This document shows, piece after piece, positions 13,058-24,624 of a DNA stretch of 64,000 nt. The first letter of the stretch is position 1; every line of letters starts with the position of its first letter. The stretch comes from Selaginella moellendorffii. Its lineage: Eukaryota > Plantae > Lycopodiophyta. Both the position numbers and the translations under genes were made by a program. The stretch covers positions 248,001 through 312,000 of the forward strand of contig NW_003314361.1 in assembly GCF_000143415.4 (NCBI RefSeq), in the 5' to 3' direction. The notes beneath the pieces are model-generated. The model was not told the origin of the DNA. It ran no database searches and saw only the letters and a program-made list of their open reading frames with translations.

Positions 13058-14062
13058 TTAAATTGTATTTGCTATAACGGGAGATAAAAGTTGTATGTCT
13101 GAATAGGACTTTATAGAACGAAAATCTAGGTCACCCGAGCCGCGATGGACGAACGGGGCGGCGAGAGCGACCAAGGTTTGCAGGGCTGCATCCTCCAGCT
13201 TCTCTCCGAAATGGAACCAGGCCCGTATCCTCCCCTTCCTGACTGGTGCGCTGACATCTTCCAGGAGTGGCTGGCGGGACGACAAGCAGGACCTGCAAAT
13301 CTTGCTCCCACAGCACTTGGCGCTGCCAGCTTCAGCCGCAGGGTCGCCGCCAGCCCCAGCATTGCCACCAGCGGCAGCGCTGCTGCCAGCCACAGCGTCG
13401 CCGCCATCGCCGCCAGCCCCAGCGTCGCCACCAGCCGCAGGGTCGCCTCCAACCCCAGCGTCGCCGCCATCACCGCCAGCCCCAGCATCGCCACCAGCCG
13501 CAGGGTCGCCGCCAGCCGCAATGTGGCCACCGTACCCTGTTTGATCCATGATGGTTTGGCTGAGTTTCATGTACGGGAATGCCGAAACAACTGCGCAGGG
13601 CGCCGCATTGGCAGGGACAACCTCAGCTGGCTCGCTGGGAACGCTGTCGATCTGTACAACACATTCTGCGGGTGGGAAGATGGGAACCAAGACAAAGTGC
13701 TTCAGCTGATGGTAGCCCTCTCCAAGCGGATGCAGAAGAAGGCGGTCTCGAGGAGTTGATCCAGGGTTCTAAAATACTAGTACGTATGAATGTATATTGA
13801 GTGCGTTTTGTTCTAAAGTACGATGTATGTCTTCACTTTTCTATGACAAATCTCATGCATGGGCATTTGGAGCATTCCTAGTTTCTACATTCTTTGGAAT
13901 ATCAATAAGACTAAGTGGACCCGTTACTACATAAAGATGTTGCTCTGGAGCTAATGTTGTCATGGTCTGTGCACGCAGGACCTGGACGACTATTGTCGCT
14001 GGTTTCCAAGGCCTTTGATTCACTCCAGGTCTTACTATTACTAGCTTGTAGTTTTTGTCCAT
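13058..14062 (-). CDS. Hypothetical protein with GGDPAAGGDAGA repeats (structure uncertain)
   Basis: GC-rich island. The minus-strand frame is open from an AG acceptor at ~13770 to 13058, and an upstream ORF starts at ATG 14062. The splice joining them is not established. Confidence 0.35.
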
Positions 14063-14490
14063 CCATTTAGGTTCCTGGACAGAAAGGATTTGGCACTGGT
14101 CAGGACGAGGCTAATAGGTTATTGCAATGGAAAACCAGGACAGCAGTGAGGATTATCCCAGGCCAACACAGCCGAGTTGTGCTCCTTCTCGTACTTGCCT
14201 CTCAAACTCCTGGGAAGAACACAAGTCTGTGTTCAAACTAGAATTTCCCCGCCTGTAGCATCTTGTGAAGGAGAGGCCCCAGCTCACATTTCCCAGTCAC
14301 CAGAGCATGCTAAGGTCGTCACTTGCTGCCTCCTTGCACACCACAACGTCCCTTGTGCTCAAGCTGGTATTGCTTGCTCGGTGGATACACCTTGTTGTCC
14401 AAGTCAGCACTTAGTCTACTCGCACCTGGCTGCCCACGCTTGTGCTGCTGCCATGAAATGAAATGCTGGACAAGCATTGAAATGCTTGTT
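14050..14490 (-). pseudogene. Truncated inverted paralog of the 3' end of the gene at 16523-18881
   Basis: The reverse complement aligns to ~18520-18980. It keeps the last intron position and the C-terminus QLGCVGLG* (stop at 14153-14155). Confidence 0.8.
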
Positions 14491-16522
14491 CAGGTACACT
14501 AAAATAAATATGTTGCATGTAATAACACTTGGTTTACTTATCAATTTAATTGATTAAATAATTTTTTAAATTATAAGCATGTTAGTAATTTATAAACACA
14601 AGATTAGTCTTATTGCATATCAACCATTAGATGATAGAATAAAAAAGAATATACTAGAAAGGGTTTTAAAAAGTTTATAAATTATAAATACAAAATTAAT
14701 CTAAATGAATAAGATGGTAGAATATCCTAGAATATTCAAACATATCTTAGGTATATCCACTACCATCTCAGTCCTCTATAGATTTGCTTAGGCAAACCAA
14801 AAAAAAAATCTTATACTCTATCAATTCCCTATGAATAGTTATTGAATTTGTAAGATTTCATTAATATTAGTGGTTTCATATGTTGTGAATGATACATGAT
14901 ATTTATTATAATTGCATTTTGATATACTTTTAATAGTGGATTCACTTGCTATTCATGTGTGTCATCCATGTCACCCTATCCATGTCACTAACAATCTGAA
15001 ATCACTCTTTCTACCTTGCTAAACTTGAATAATGCTAACAAGCTTTTATCAGTTTGAATTAGAAGAGGGGCTATATGGTATAAGAATGAATTTGAGAAAT
15101 TTTGGGGTTATGAAAAATTTCAAATACGATGAATGTGAAGGTACTATTTATATAGCCATGGTCACCATAATTATGAGGAATATCCTTTAAGAATCTATAA
15201 ATTTCACATGCCAAATATGCATTTCACTTGGAGAATATTCAATTTCATGCATAAAATATTCTTTCTGAACCAATAAGAAAATGTTTCTTTTCATGCAGCA
15301 CCAACACACGCCCCATAATTGTAGAAAAGTGCCGTGCCAATATATTCATTCATCCTTTAGGGAGAGAAAGAATATTCTTCAAGAATATTCTATTGTATAG
15401 AATTTGGGTAATTTCAACGTAACATTTAAGGGCATTTTGAAAAAGACCATGATATGCTACTGCTTTATTTATAGTACATTTTTACAGAGAACAAAATAAA
15501 GCTTCCATCTTGCTCTTTTAACACCTACTTACTGATCTTTCATATTGGTTTTGTTTTAGAGGATAACCTAAGGGCAAAATCATTACCTATTTAACATAGT
15601 TGAGAAATCTTAGAACTGCTGCAACCATCCCCATTGCTTAGCAAAAAGATCAAGGACAAGAGAAGAATTGTCAAAAATTTTAAGCTTTTCCATTTTAAAA
15701 TTTCTTGCATTCATTGTTTCAAATTTTTTTTACCCTTTTTAAGAAAATTTTCATTTTCTTTCACTTAAGGGAGAGTTAAGTTAGACCCCACCCTCCAAAT
15801 TTATGCCTCTCTTGATTCCTCTAGATCATCAGTTGTGGGTTTTGTGCAAATGCACTAAGATGCCGAATTGAGTTCATCTTGTTCTGCCAGAGCCTAGCAT
15901 ATCTTGGTTCTGACAATGCTAGCAAGGACACACTCTTTCTCTCAGCAAAATAATTTTATTTCAGTGGTGTTCTCAACATTCTCCAGCCTTGAAATCAATC
16001 TACAGCCATGACTGTGGGGCAAGGAAACAATGTTATTGTTATTTGTTGTTTTCTTAACCATTTGAGAGAAATTTACTAGAAACGATTGCTTGAGAAAAAA
16101 GAAAGAATGAAGGCATGGCAATAGGAATGACTTGGGTGATCTGGGCTGGGCATTCGCAATAACCATTGACACTACATTCCGTGAAATCGTGATGCTAACT
16201 TTCCCACTCACAAAAAGGTTGGCAAAATCTGTGGGAAGGATAATCCAGATCCAAAGCTTACTTCAGGCAACTAGAAACATAATAAAAGTGATGATTGTTG
16301 GGCAAATTAGTAGTATGAGTCCTTGGTTAGTTTAGATGTATCAATAGAAAAATCAACAAGCAGATCTAAAGTGTCAAGGGAAGATGCGCAACAAGTTACA
16401 AGCAATTTTTTTCTACTTATATCAAAATCATAACTTTAATCTTTGACCGTTGGTTCTTCTTCATCCAACGGCAAAGACGAGGTAAAGGGGTACGGACGCC
16501 CTCTAGGGCGCGAGCTTTGGCT

Positions 16523-18881
16523 ATGGAGGTAGCGCGGGAGTCGCAACGGCGCAAGCTCTTCTGGGTGGATGACAATGCCGTTGCGCTCTTCTACTTGTGG
16601 CTGCACGGCCCCGCCGGCAAGAGGTTCGAGCACATCATCCACGACCTGTACCGGCGGTGTGGGATTGCACCCCTGTACCCGAGCTTCCTGGAGGAGCTGC
16701 ACCACTTCGCGTCCATGCCCAGCATCAGCATCGACAAGGTGCGCCACGACATCTGGGAGCTGGCCGCGTCGGAGAACTTTCCTTTCTTTGGAGCGGCTTT
16801 CGTGCGCCTGGCTCTCAGCCTTTGCCGCTACGCGGATCCTGGCACTGGCGTTGCCCACGATTGGTGTCCAACGGCTTGCTTCTCCAACAGGCCAGCGTTC
16901 AAGGCGATCATGTCGCTGCTCGTAGCTGTAAGCAAGTAACTCCATGGATTTTTCTCACCTGTGTTTCTTGTGTCTTCCTAGTATACGTCCAGAGATGTTC
17001 CGTACGCTCCTCACTCTGATCACATCCTTGAAGGTATGCCGAAGTGTGTTTCATGTTTCATCGGCCGATGTATATAACTCCCTCTCGACCGGCAGAGATG
17101 TATGCCATGCTTTGCCATGTCAAGCCGTCAACCATTGCTGCGGTCGAGACCCAGGCCGAGACGATGGTCGAGCTGCCGCAGCCTTGCGACGCCTTCGATG
17201 TAACCGAGATGGTGTGCCGGCTCTTCTATACCTGGCTCCTGGTGGCCAAGCACTTTTACCTTGTGCAATTCGTCAAGCACCACCTGGACAAGCATTTCAT
17301 TGCTCCCAGCAAGGAAGTGGGCGATCGGAGCCAAGGGCTGACGCTGCCGCCGGAGCTGGCGGGGACTGGCATCCTGTGCATGCTTCAGCTGGCACTCTCC
17401 TTTGTGTTCAACGTCACCTCCAGCTCGCAGGCGGTGCCGCTCTCCTCGAGCGACGTTGAGCAGCTGGAGGCTTGGGTTCGTTTCCGAGGTGGGATGATGC
17501 AGCAAGGGGACAACCCTTTCACTCCCGTAGCATGCATCCCAGTAACTTTTGTCGAAAAGATGATCGAGGTACGTATACATAACACTTGGAGAGGTCTTAA
17601 ATCGGCTACTGTGCAGGCTATCAAGGACTCGTGTGTGGATTTGGCCCAGGCTGCCGCAGACTGCTCCTCCAGCCTCTGGGGTGACAGATGCTCCCACATG
17701 GTCGCCTTAGTGGAGCTCCACACGTCCGTTGTGGAGCTCGACTTTGCAAGCAACACCGTGGCTCGCCTCTTCCATTCGTGGCTCCGCTGCCAGGGGGGGC
17801 AGTCGAAGCACAGAGCCATGGTGGAGCACATCAACATGGCTTATAACCGGCTGGGATGGCCGCCGTGTACAAACTCGTCGCTGCTGCAAGAGGTGAAGTC
17901 GGGTCTGGCCGACGACGACAATGACCGTGTTGCGGCCAAGTGCGACATATGGATGCAAAGCCTGCCCAGGAGGATGCAAAGCCTGAGGCTGGAAAGGAGC
18001 TTTGTCAACTTGTTGGCCGCGGTGAGCTTGCAAGGGGAGGCGGAGGAGGAGGAAGAGTTCAGCTGGATGCTCCTGGACGAGATCCGCTCCCGGGCAGCCG
18101 CTGGAGGCTATCAGATGCTCAAGCCGCGGCTGCCGGTCGTGGAGAACGGAGACGAAGGGGGTGTCAACGAAGTCATTTACTACCTTGTGGAGGTATGATC
18201 TTGCTTGATTTTTCTGCACGAAGACTTACGTGTGCATGGCAGGAGCTGCGCTTCTGGAAGCGCATGGAGGTATCGGGAGGGGCTGTCTGCCCATACGGCA
18301 CCGATGAGGGGTACGACTTTACACTTCCGACGTACTCCAGGGCTGATCTCACGCGAGACTTCAAGCTGCCAGGTACAGATCTCTAGAGAGAGATATGTGT
18401 TCACAGCATTCACATGTGTATGTGCAGGTGCTTCGCGGGAGATTGTGGAGCACCATTTGTTCGAGCCGACCATTGCACTGTGCCGAGACGTGACGCAGCC
18501 AGTGCTCCGGCTGCTGGCCGCATGGCAGCAGCACAAGCGTGGCCAGGCGGGTGCCAGTAAACCAAGTGCCGACTTGGACGACAAGGCGTTGCAGAGCTTG
18601 GTGTGCTGCTCCCAAATCCGCGGAGCAAGCAATACCAGCTTGAGCGAGAGAGACGTTGCTGTGTGCAAGGATGCAGCAAGCGACGACCTTAGAAAGGTGG
18701 TTGCCGTGGTGACTGGGAAGTGTGAGCTGGGGCCTCTCCTTCACAAGATGCTGGTTTGTTTGAAATTCTGTTTTGAAAACATGCTTACTATTTACTGTGT
18801 TCTGCCCAGGAGTTGGAAGGGGAGCAGGAGCAAGAGCAGGAGATGCTCAGCAAGCAGCTCGGTTGTGTTGGCCTGGGATAA
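16523..18881 (+). CDS. Multi-exon hypothetical protein with an internally repeated ~90-aa domain
   Basis: GC-rich ORFs at 16523-16939, 17044-18198, ~18243-18372, ~18428-18753 and ~18810-18881 are bounded by GT/AG sites. The later exons join in frame and end LGCVGLG*. The early splice sites are uncertain. Confidence 0.65.
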
Positions 18882-19223
18882 TCCTCACCTCAGCACTGGT
18901 TTGCCATCGCTATATCATATCGGCCTCGTGCTGATTAGTCCCAAACCCTTTCCAGGAACTTAGTGGATGACAAGCTTATAAGAGAGCTAATCAAGGCCGA
19001 AGGAGACTAGCAGAACTTACGGTTAAGAACAAGATAGATATAAAAGAATGAATGAGAAAGCATTCGGTTTTCTTAGTTCATTCGTTTTTCATGATCTGTA
19101 AGGCTGAGATGCTGGCGGAGCTTCCTAGCCTCCGCCACCTCCTTAGAAATGCTGCTGGACGAGTTTAAATGTTCCAAGAAAACCATGAAAACACTTGGTG
19201 CTTTGGTGGACAACCACTTTACA

Positions 19224-19880
19224 TTACAGAGGCACGAGTACGATCTCCCCCACTCCAGTGTGTACATCGTTCCGGTTCTTACAAGCATTGTAAACTACGT
19301 TGAATTCGGTGTCAAAGATGGTCCAAAACAAGCGGTCGTAACCCACCAACACCGAGCAGCGTGGGAGGCACTTAAGATTGTAATCTCCGTTGTAGAATGG
19401 ATACAGATTGAGTTCATATGAAGTGAAGCCCGGATCGATCACACGCCCCTGGGTACAGCGGAGGCTGGTCACCACAGGATGCCTAGCTACGAGTGCCGCC
19501 AGCAAGTCATCGGGAACCTTCTTCATCTTTAACACCGGCCTGCTTCCCTCGAGGTATACCACTACCATGTCTCCTCCAGGCTGAGTTGCAAGCTTGGGCG
19601 CGCCAATCTTAGCCATGGCTGAAGCACATATCGCCAGGGAATCCGCCCAGCTGCTTCCACTTCGGGCGTTCCAATCTCCTTGTGCGACACAGTCTTGCAC
19701 GATTTTAGTCCAATCCACTCGCTTGGGGCGGTCTGAGGCACTAGAAGTTGGAACTAAGCTCACCTCGCCTTTGCTCTTGGCCAGGGACTCGAGCTCCCTT
19801 TCCTCAAGCCATTTGCTGCCACGGATACGGGGTGGCGGCGGAAGCTCAATACCACAATACTTCCCGCAAACTCCTCCCAT
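19224..19880 (-). CDS. Hypothetical protein with an N-terminal MGGVCGKYC lipidation-like motif
   Basis: 218-aa ORF from a true ATG, with no recognised domain. Confidence 0.4.
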   Translation of the reverse strand: MGGVCGKYCGIELPPPPRIRGSKWLEERELESLAKSKGEVSLVPTSSASDRPKRVDWTKIVQDCVAQGDWNARSGSSWADSLAICASAMAKIGAPKLATQPGGDMVVVYLEGSRPVLKMKKVPDDLLAALVARHPVVTSLRCTQGRVIDPGFTSYELNLYPFYNGDYNLKCLPRCSVLVGYDRLFWTIFDTEFNVVYNACKNRNDVHTGVGEIVLVPL

Positions 19881-19932
19881 AATTTAAGGGACGAACACCA
19901 ATTTTAGATGTTTTGCTCGATGATGGTTAGCT

Positions 19933-22143
19933 ATGATCATGCAGCAGCAGCAAACAATTGCCAAACAGCCATCATCTCCGCGCGAAACAAGAGGCACTCA
20001 ATCGCTGTTTGCGGCACTTCTCAGATCGTGCAACACTTCCAAGGACCTTGCCAGGGGAAGAAACGTCCACTCGCAGATCCAGGCAACGAGCTTCCGCAGC
20101 GACAAGTATCTCGCAAATCTGGTCATCCAGATGTACGGGAAGTGCGGTAGCATGGGCGATGCACGCAGTGTGTTTGACAACCTCGAGCAGCCGGATCTCT
20201 TCTCGTGGAATATCATCGTCACCGCGTATGCCCAAAATGGGTATCTATACGAGGCAAAGATGGCGTTTGACAAAATGCCTGAGAAGGACGTTGTTTCTTG
20301 GAATGCAATTCTTACTGCGTTCTCGCAAAACGGGAATCTAGATGGAGCTTGGAACGTCTTTTGCTTGATGCCCACCAAGAACGTTGTCTCGTGGAACGCT
20401 ATGCTTACAGCATATGCCCAAAGAGGGCAGCTTGATAAGGCCGAGCAACTCTTTCAAAAGATGCCAGAAAAGAATGGAATCTCCTACACCGCAATGCTCC
20501 AGGCTTATGGAGAAAAGGGGTATCTGGAAGAAGCTCAATCCATGTTTGAGAAGATCAATAAGCCCAACGTTGTGTCTTGGACCACTCTACTTCAAGCATA
20601 TGCCCAAAACGGGCATCTTGAAGGAGCAAAGAGGATCTTTGACTTGATCCCCGAGAGGAACGTCGTGTCCTGGACAACAATGGTGGTGGCGTACGCGGAC
20701 CATGGGAAGCACGAGGAAGCAAAGTTTTTGTTTGACAGGATGCCAACGAGAGACATGGTGGCCTGGAATGCGATGATCCAAGCTTACGCCCGGAACGGGC
20801 AACTCGAGCAAGCCAAGCAGATGTTTGACGCCATGCCCGAGAGGAACGTCGTGTCTTGGACGTCCATGCTTCAACTCTACGCTTCCAGCGGCCACTTCCA
20901 AGGCGCGTCCACCATGTACAAATCCATGCCCGAGAGGAACTTGGTCGCTTGGAACTCGCTCATCTCGGCCTATGGACAAAGCGGCAACTTAGAGACCGCA
21001 AAAGCAACGTTTGATAGCATGAAAGAAAGGAACACCATCTCGTGGACGGCAATGCTGCAAGCGTATGCGCAAAACGGTCAACTGGAGGGAGCAAAAACGA
21101 TGTTTGATGGCATGCCCGAGAGGGACTCGGTGTCGTGGGTGATCATGCTCCAAGCCTACGCACAAAAGGGAAGCTTGGAATCGGCCAAGAAGCTCTTCCA
21201 AACCATGCCCGAGAAGAACATGGTTTCCTGGACGGCCTTCCTCTCGGCGTGTGCCGAGAACGGGGATCTGGAAGCCACCAAGGCCACCTTCGATCGGATG
21301 CCAGAGCGAAACGTTGTAAGCTGGACGACGATGCTGCAAGCATACGCTCGCGCCGGTGATCTGGAGTTCGCGAGGAGCGTCTTCGATTCAATGCCGCAGA
21401 GAAACCTCGTGTCGTGGACGACGATGCTGCAAGCTTACGCGCAAGAAGGCCATGTCGACGAGGCCAAGGCTCTCTTTGACGTGATCCCGGAGCAAAACTC
21501 CGTGTCGTGCACGAGCATGCTCCAGGCTTACGCTCAAAACGGCAACCTCGCCGCTGCGAAGTTCATGTTTGATCGACTGTGTCCCGAGCGCGACTTTGTC
21601 TCCTGGATCGTCATCCTCCAAGCGTTCATCCAGTATGGCGATCTGGAGCAAGCCAGAGATCTCTTCGAGATGCTACCGAGCCTGGAGATGGTGGTGTGGA
21701 GCGCCATGAGCGCGGCCTACGCGACCGCTGGCCGCGGCAGAGAATCGCTCGACTTCTTCTACCGGATGCTTCTCCACGGCGAACGAGCCGACGAGATCTC
21801 ACTCACGAGCTTGCTGGTGGCTTGCAACCACATCGGAGTTCTCCACCGCAGCGTCACGGGCTTCCAGTCCATCCGGTTTGATCACGGCCTGGCGCCGCTG
21901 CTGGAGCACTATGGCTGCCTGGTGGGAGCTCTAGCTCGAGCCGGGCAGCTCCAGTTCGCGGAGGAGCTTGTAGAAACCATGCCTTTCGAGGCTGACGATA
22001 AGGTGTGGGGTTCTTTGCTGAGTGCTTGTAGGACGCAGCACGACGCCGGTCGTGGAGCCCGAGTCGCGGAGAATGTGTTCAAGCTGGATCCCGCGAGCGA
22101 TGCCGCGCACGTTATGCTATCCAACATCTACGCAGCGAGATAA
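19933..22143 (+). CDS. PLS/E-class PPR protein dominated by ~16 tandem 31-aa short (SS) motifs
   Basis: Repeats of RNVVSWT.MLQAYAQNG.LE.AK..FD.MPE, then P2-L2-S2 and an E domain (HYGCLVGALARAG...AAHVMLSNIYA). No DYW domain. Confidence 0.95.
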   Translation: MIMQQQQTIAKQPSSPRETRGTQSLFAALLRSCNTSKDLARGRNVHSQIQATSFRSDKYLANLVIQMYGKCGSMGDARSVFDNLEQPDLFSWNIIVTAYAQNGYLYEAKMAFDKMPEKDVVSWNAILTAFSQNGNLDGAWNVFCLMPTKNVVSWNAMLTAYAQRGQLDKAEQLFQKMPEKNGISYTAMLQAYGEKGYLEEAQSMFEKINKPNVVSWTTLLQAYAQNGHLEGAKRIFDLIPERNVVSWTTMVVAYADHGKHEEAKFLFDRMPTRDMVAWNAMIQAYARNGQLEQAKQMFDAMPERNVVSWTSMLQLYASSGHFQGASTMYKSMPERNLVAWNSLISAYGQSGNLETAKATFDSMKERNTISWTAMLQAYAQNGQLEGAKTMFDGMPERDSVSWVIMLQAYAQKGSLESAKKLFQTMPEKNMVSWTAFLSACAENGDLEATKATFDRMPERNVVSWTTMLQAYARAGDLEFARSVFDSMPQRNLVSWTTMLQAYAQEGHVDEAKALFDVIPEQNSVSCTSMLQAYAQNGNLAAAKFMFDRLCPERDFVSWIVILQAFIQYGDLEQARDLFEMLPSLEMVVWSAMSAAYATAGRGRESLDFFYRMLLHGERADEISLTSLLVACNHIGVLHRSVTGFQSIRFDHGLAPLLEHYGCLVGALARAGQLQFAEELVETMPFEADDKVWGSLLSACRTQHDAGRGARVAENVFKLDPASDAAHVMLSNIYAAR

Positions 22144-23184
22144 AAAGGCCGAGATTATCAATCCAGCTTAAGAAAAGCTGGCAGACGTGATCACGCGAGC
22201 TCGCGATCGAAGAATAGTGGAAATGAAAGTGTCTCGTGGATTGCTACTCACGGATTGGAGAGAGAGATATTGTAGTGTGGATCCCTCAATCCACTCGCGA
22301 AAATTTTTTCCGACTCATGAAAGCTCCCGTCTCGATCCATCGATTCTGGATTTGTATCATATTCGTGATGAGCAAGTTCTCCTTTTGTCAGGTCCACGCG
22401 CTCTCCTTTTTGCTCGAATTTTGGAAGTCAAGTTCGAGTGGAATGTGAAGCGACAGTAACTTACACTTGTAAAGCTTTCCATGGATCAGATCCAAAAGCA
22501 ATGATTTTTCTAGTGCCGGGGTGCGTTTCCTTGTGTACATTCTCCCTCGCGATCATTGTTTATCACCGATTCATATCGCCCATCACCGCGATTCCTCGGT
22601 TTTGTTTCAAACCAGAGATCAATACTACAGTCGAGAATTTTTGCGAGAAAGAGATAAGATCACTGGCGTGTCCAACCAAAGCAAGCGATCGATGAAAGAA
22701 TCCATCAATCAATCAAGGACTCCAACGCGCTCTTGATTGAGGGTCCCCTTTTTCCCTGAGTGGCCTCTCTTTTCTCGTGATTAGAATTTGGCTCTTACCA
22801 AAATGCCCAGCCACGGCATTTGCTAACCTCGCAAAGTACAGTGCTGGCAAAGGTGGCGAGCTATTTTCTTTTTTAGAACCATTATTCTCTTTCTCCTGTG
22901 TGCTCAGCACATTGATGCACGGATTTGGATTGGAATGATAGATTTCATTGATTTCCGTGCCAGGAACGCAAGCGGGAAAGAACCGCCTTTGGGCAAAGCA
23001 ATGCCGGGAATATGCCTCGGGTACCATGGGCGTGTGTGTACAACGCTTGCTCGCAAAGAGAGAACGAAAAGAAAAGAGAGAGAGACTCTTTACGGTGGGT
23101 CGATCATGCAAAACTCATGCCGGGAGCTATAGACGATTTGATCCATTCCATGATCTCTGCTCGACTCGATACATGATCCTTGCC

Positions 23185-23240
23185 TGATTGATTGATTGAT
23201 TGATTGATCGATCGACCAGAGCGAGAGAGAGAGAGAGAGA
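23185..23240. repeat. (ATTG)n and (AG)n microsatellites
   Basis: Directly visible in the sequence. Confidence 0.85.
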
Positions 23241-24144
23241 TCGATCAGCGGAAAACTTGGACGATCATTATGGACATGGAATTGATGTTCTCATGAATGT
23301 GAACGGGCAGGACGACAGTGTGGTCAGGAGGGTCAGGAAATGGGGGGAAGCATTTGGAATGCGACATGGAGAGCTCAAAAGCTTTGATTTTTTTTTTTGG
23401 AAATTTGGAAAGGCACCACCTTGAAAGACCCAAAAGATCGATCAAGTTGTTGTGGAGTGGATCCTGGAGCATTTGTTTAGTATAATCGGGTGACCTCTAT
23501 GCAACCAGAAACTCGCAAACAAACAAGCCCAGCTGTTGCATTCATGTCTGTGTCTGCTCGCTGCCTCCTCCTCCTGGAAGAAAGCTCTGCTTATCCTATG
23601 GATCCATTCAAGCCCAAAACCAAAGGAAACAAGAGATGGATTGTTTCTTGGCTGAGAGCAACACAATCTCATCCATCCACGCTGGCTGCCTCATGGCTCG
23701 ATCGTGCTCCTGGAATCCCACACCACTTTTTAAGCCCAAACTCTTTGCCTTTTTCTTTTTCGTTTTCTTTCTGATCTTTAGCAGGGGAGAAACAGTTGCT
23801 GCAGCCGCGGCAGGGAATCCTTGAGAGTTGAGTCCACAATCCAATCGATCGAGCTAAAGCCAAAAGCCACCGATCCAAAAGCCACCGATCGCGAGCCGCG
23901 ATAGTACCTGGATTTAAGAAGAGGAAACCAAAAACTTGTGATCTTGCCGGTAGCTGCCAGGCGTTCTTCTTTTCAAGAAAAGTTCCTCCAGGACGAAGCG
24001 AGCTATAGCTCTCGATCCCAAAAGCTCGGAGGAGAGGCGGCCGATCGATTTAAAAAGATACATACTTGTGTGGAAGTGGAATTCGAAGTGGAAGAGAAGA
24101 TATAACATGACTTAATCTCCATCCATGGCTGGCTAGCGCTCGAG

Positions 24145-24624
24145 CTAGTAGAGGAAGAAGGAGTACCTCATGCCGCTCTGGACCATCATGTAGTGTCGAT
24201 CGGCGAGCGATGGATCTTGTCTCAACCACACGCGCAGCCTCGCATCGCGGAGCGCATCGCCCGTCCCCATGCTATCGAAGTAGTCCGACATGTAATGCTC
24301 GCCCAGCCCAAACAAGCTCCCCAGGAGAAGCACTGGAACCTTGACTATCTTCCACAGCGATTTGGCGGAGCGATGGTGATGATGTTGCTGTGGCTGCTGT
24401 GGCTGCTGTGGCTGCTGCGCAAGATCGTTAGCGTTGTTTGCGAGGTCGGCAGCTTGATCAAGAGCGAGAGCATTGTTGGTAGCGGCGGCGTTGTTTGCGA
24501 CTGCTGCTTGATCTTCCTCGAGGTCGTGATCATGGGTGATCGAGAATTCGTCCATCACTTGCGACAGCCGCCTCTGCCGCTTGGATCTAATCTGCCTACC
24601 CATTATCAGGATGATCTGACACAT
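24145..24624 (-). CDS. Small hypothetical protein with Ala/Asn, QQP and poly-His tracts
   Basis: GC-rich ORF (M..GRQIRSKRQRRLSQVMDEF...SLWKIVKVPVLLLGSLFGLG). The start codon is uncertain. Confidence 0.55.
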   Translation of the reverse strand: MCQIILIMGRQIRSKRQRRLSQVMDEFSITHDHDLEEDQAAVANNAAATNNALALDQAADLANNANDLAQQPQQPQQPQQHHHHRSAKSLWKIVKVPVLLLGSLFGLGEHYMSDYFDSMGTGDALRDARLRVWLRQDPSLADRHYMMVQSGMRYSFFLY

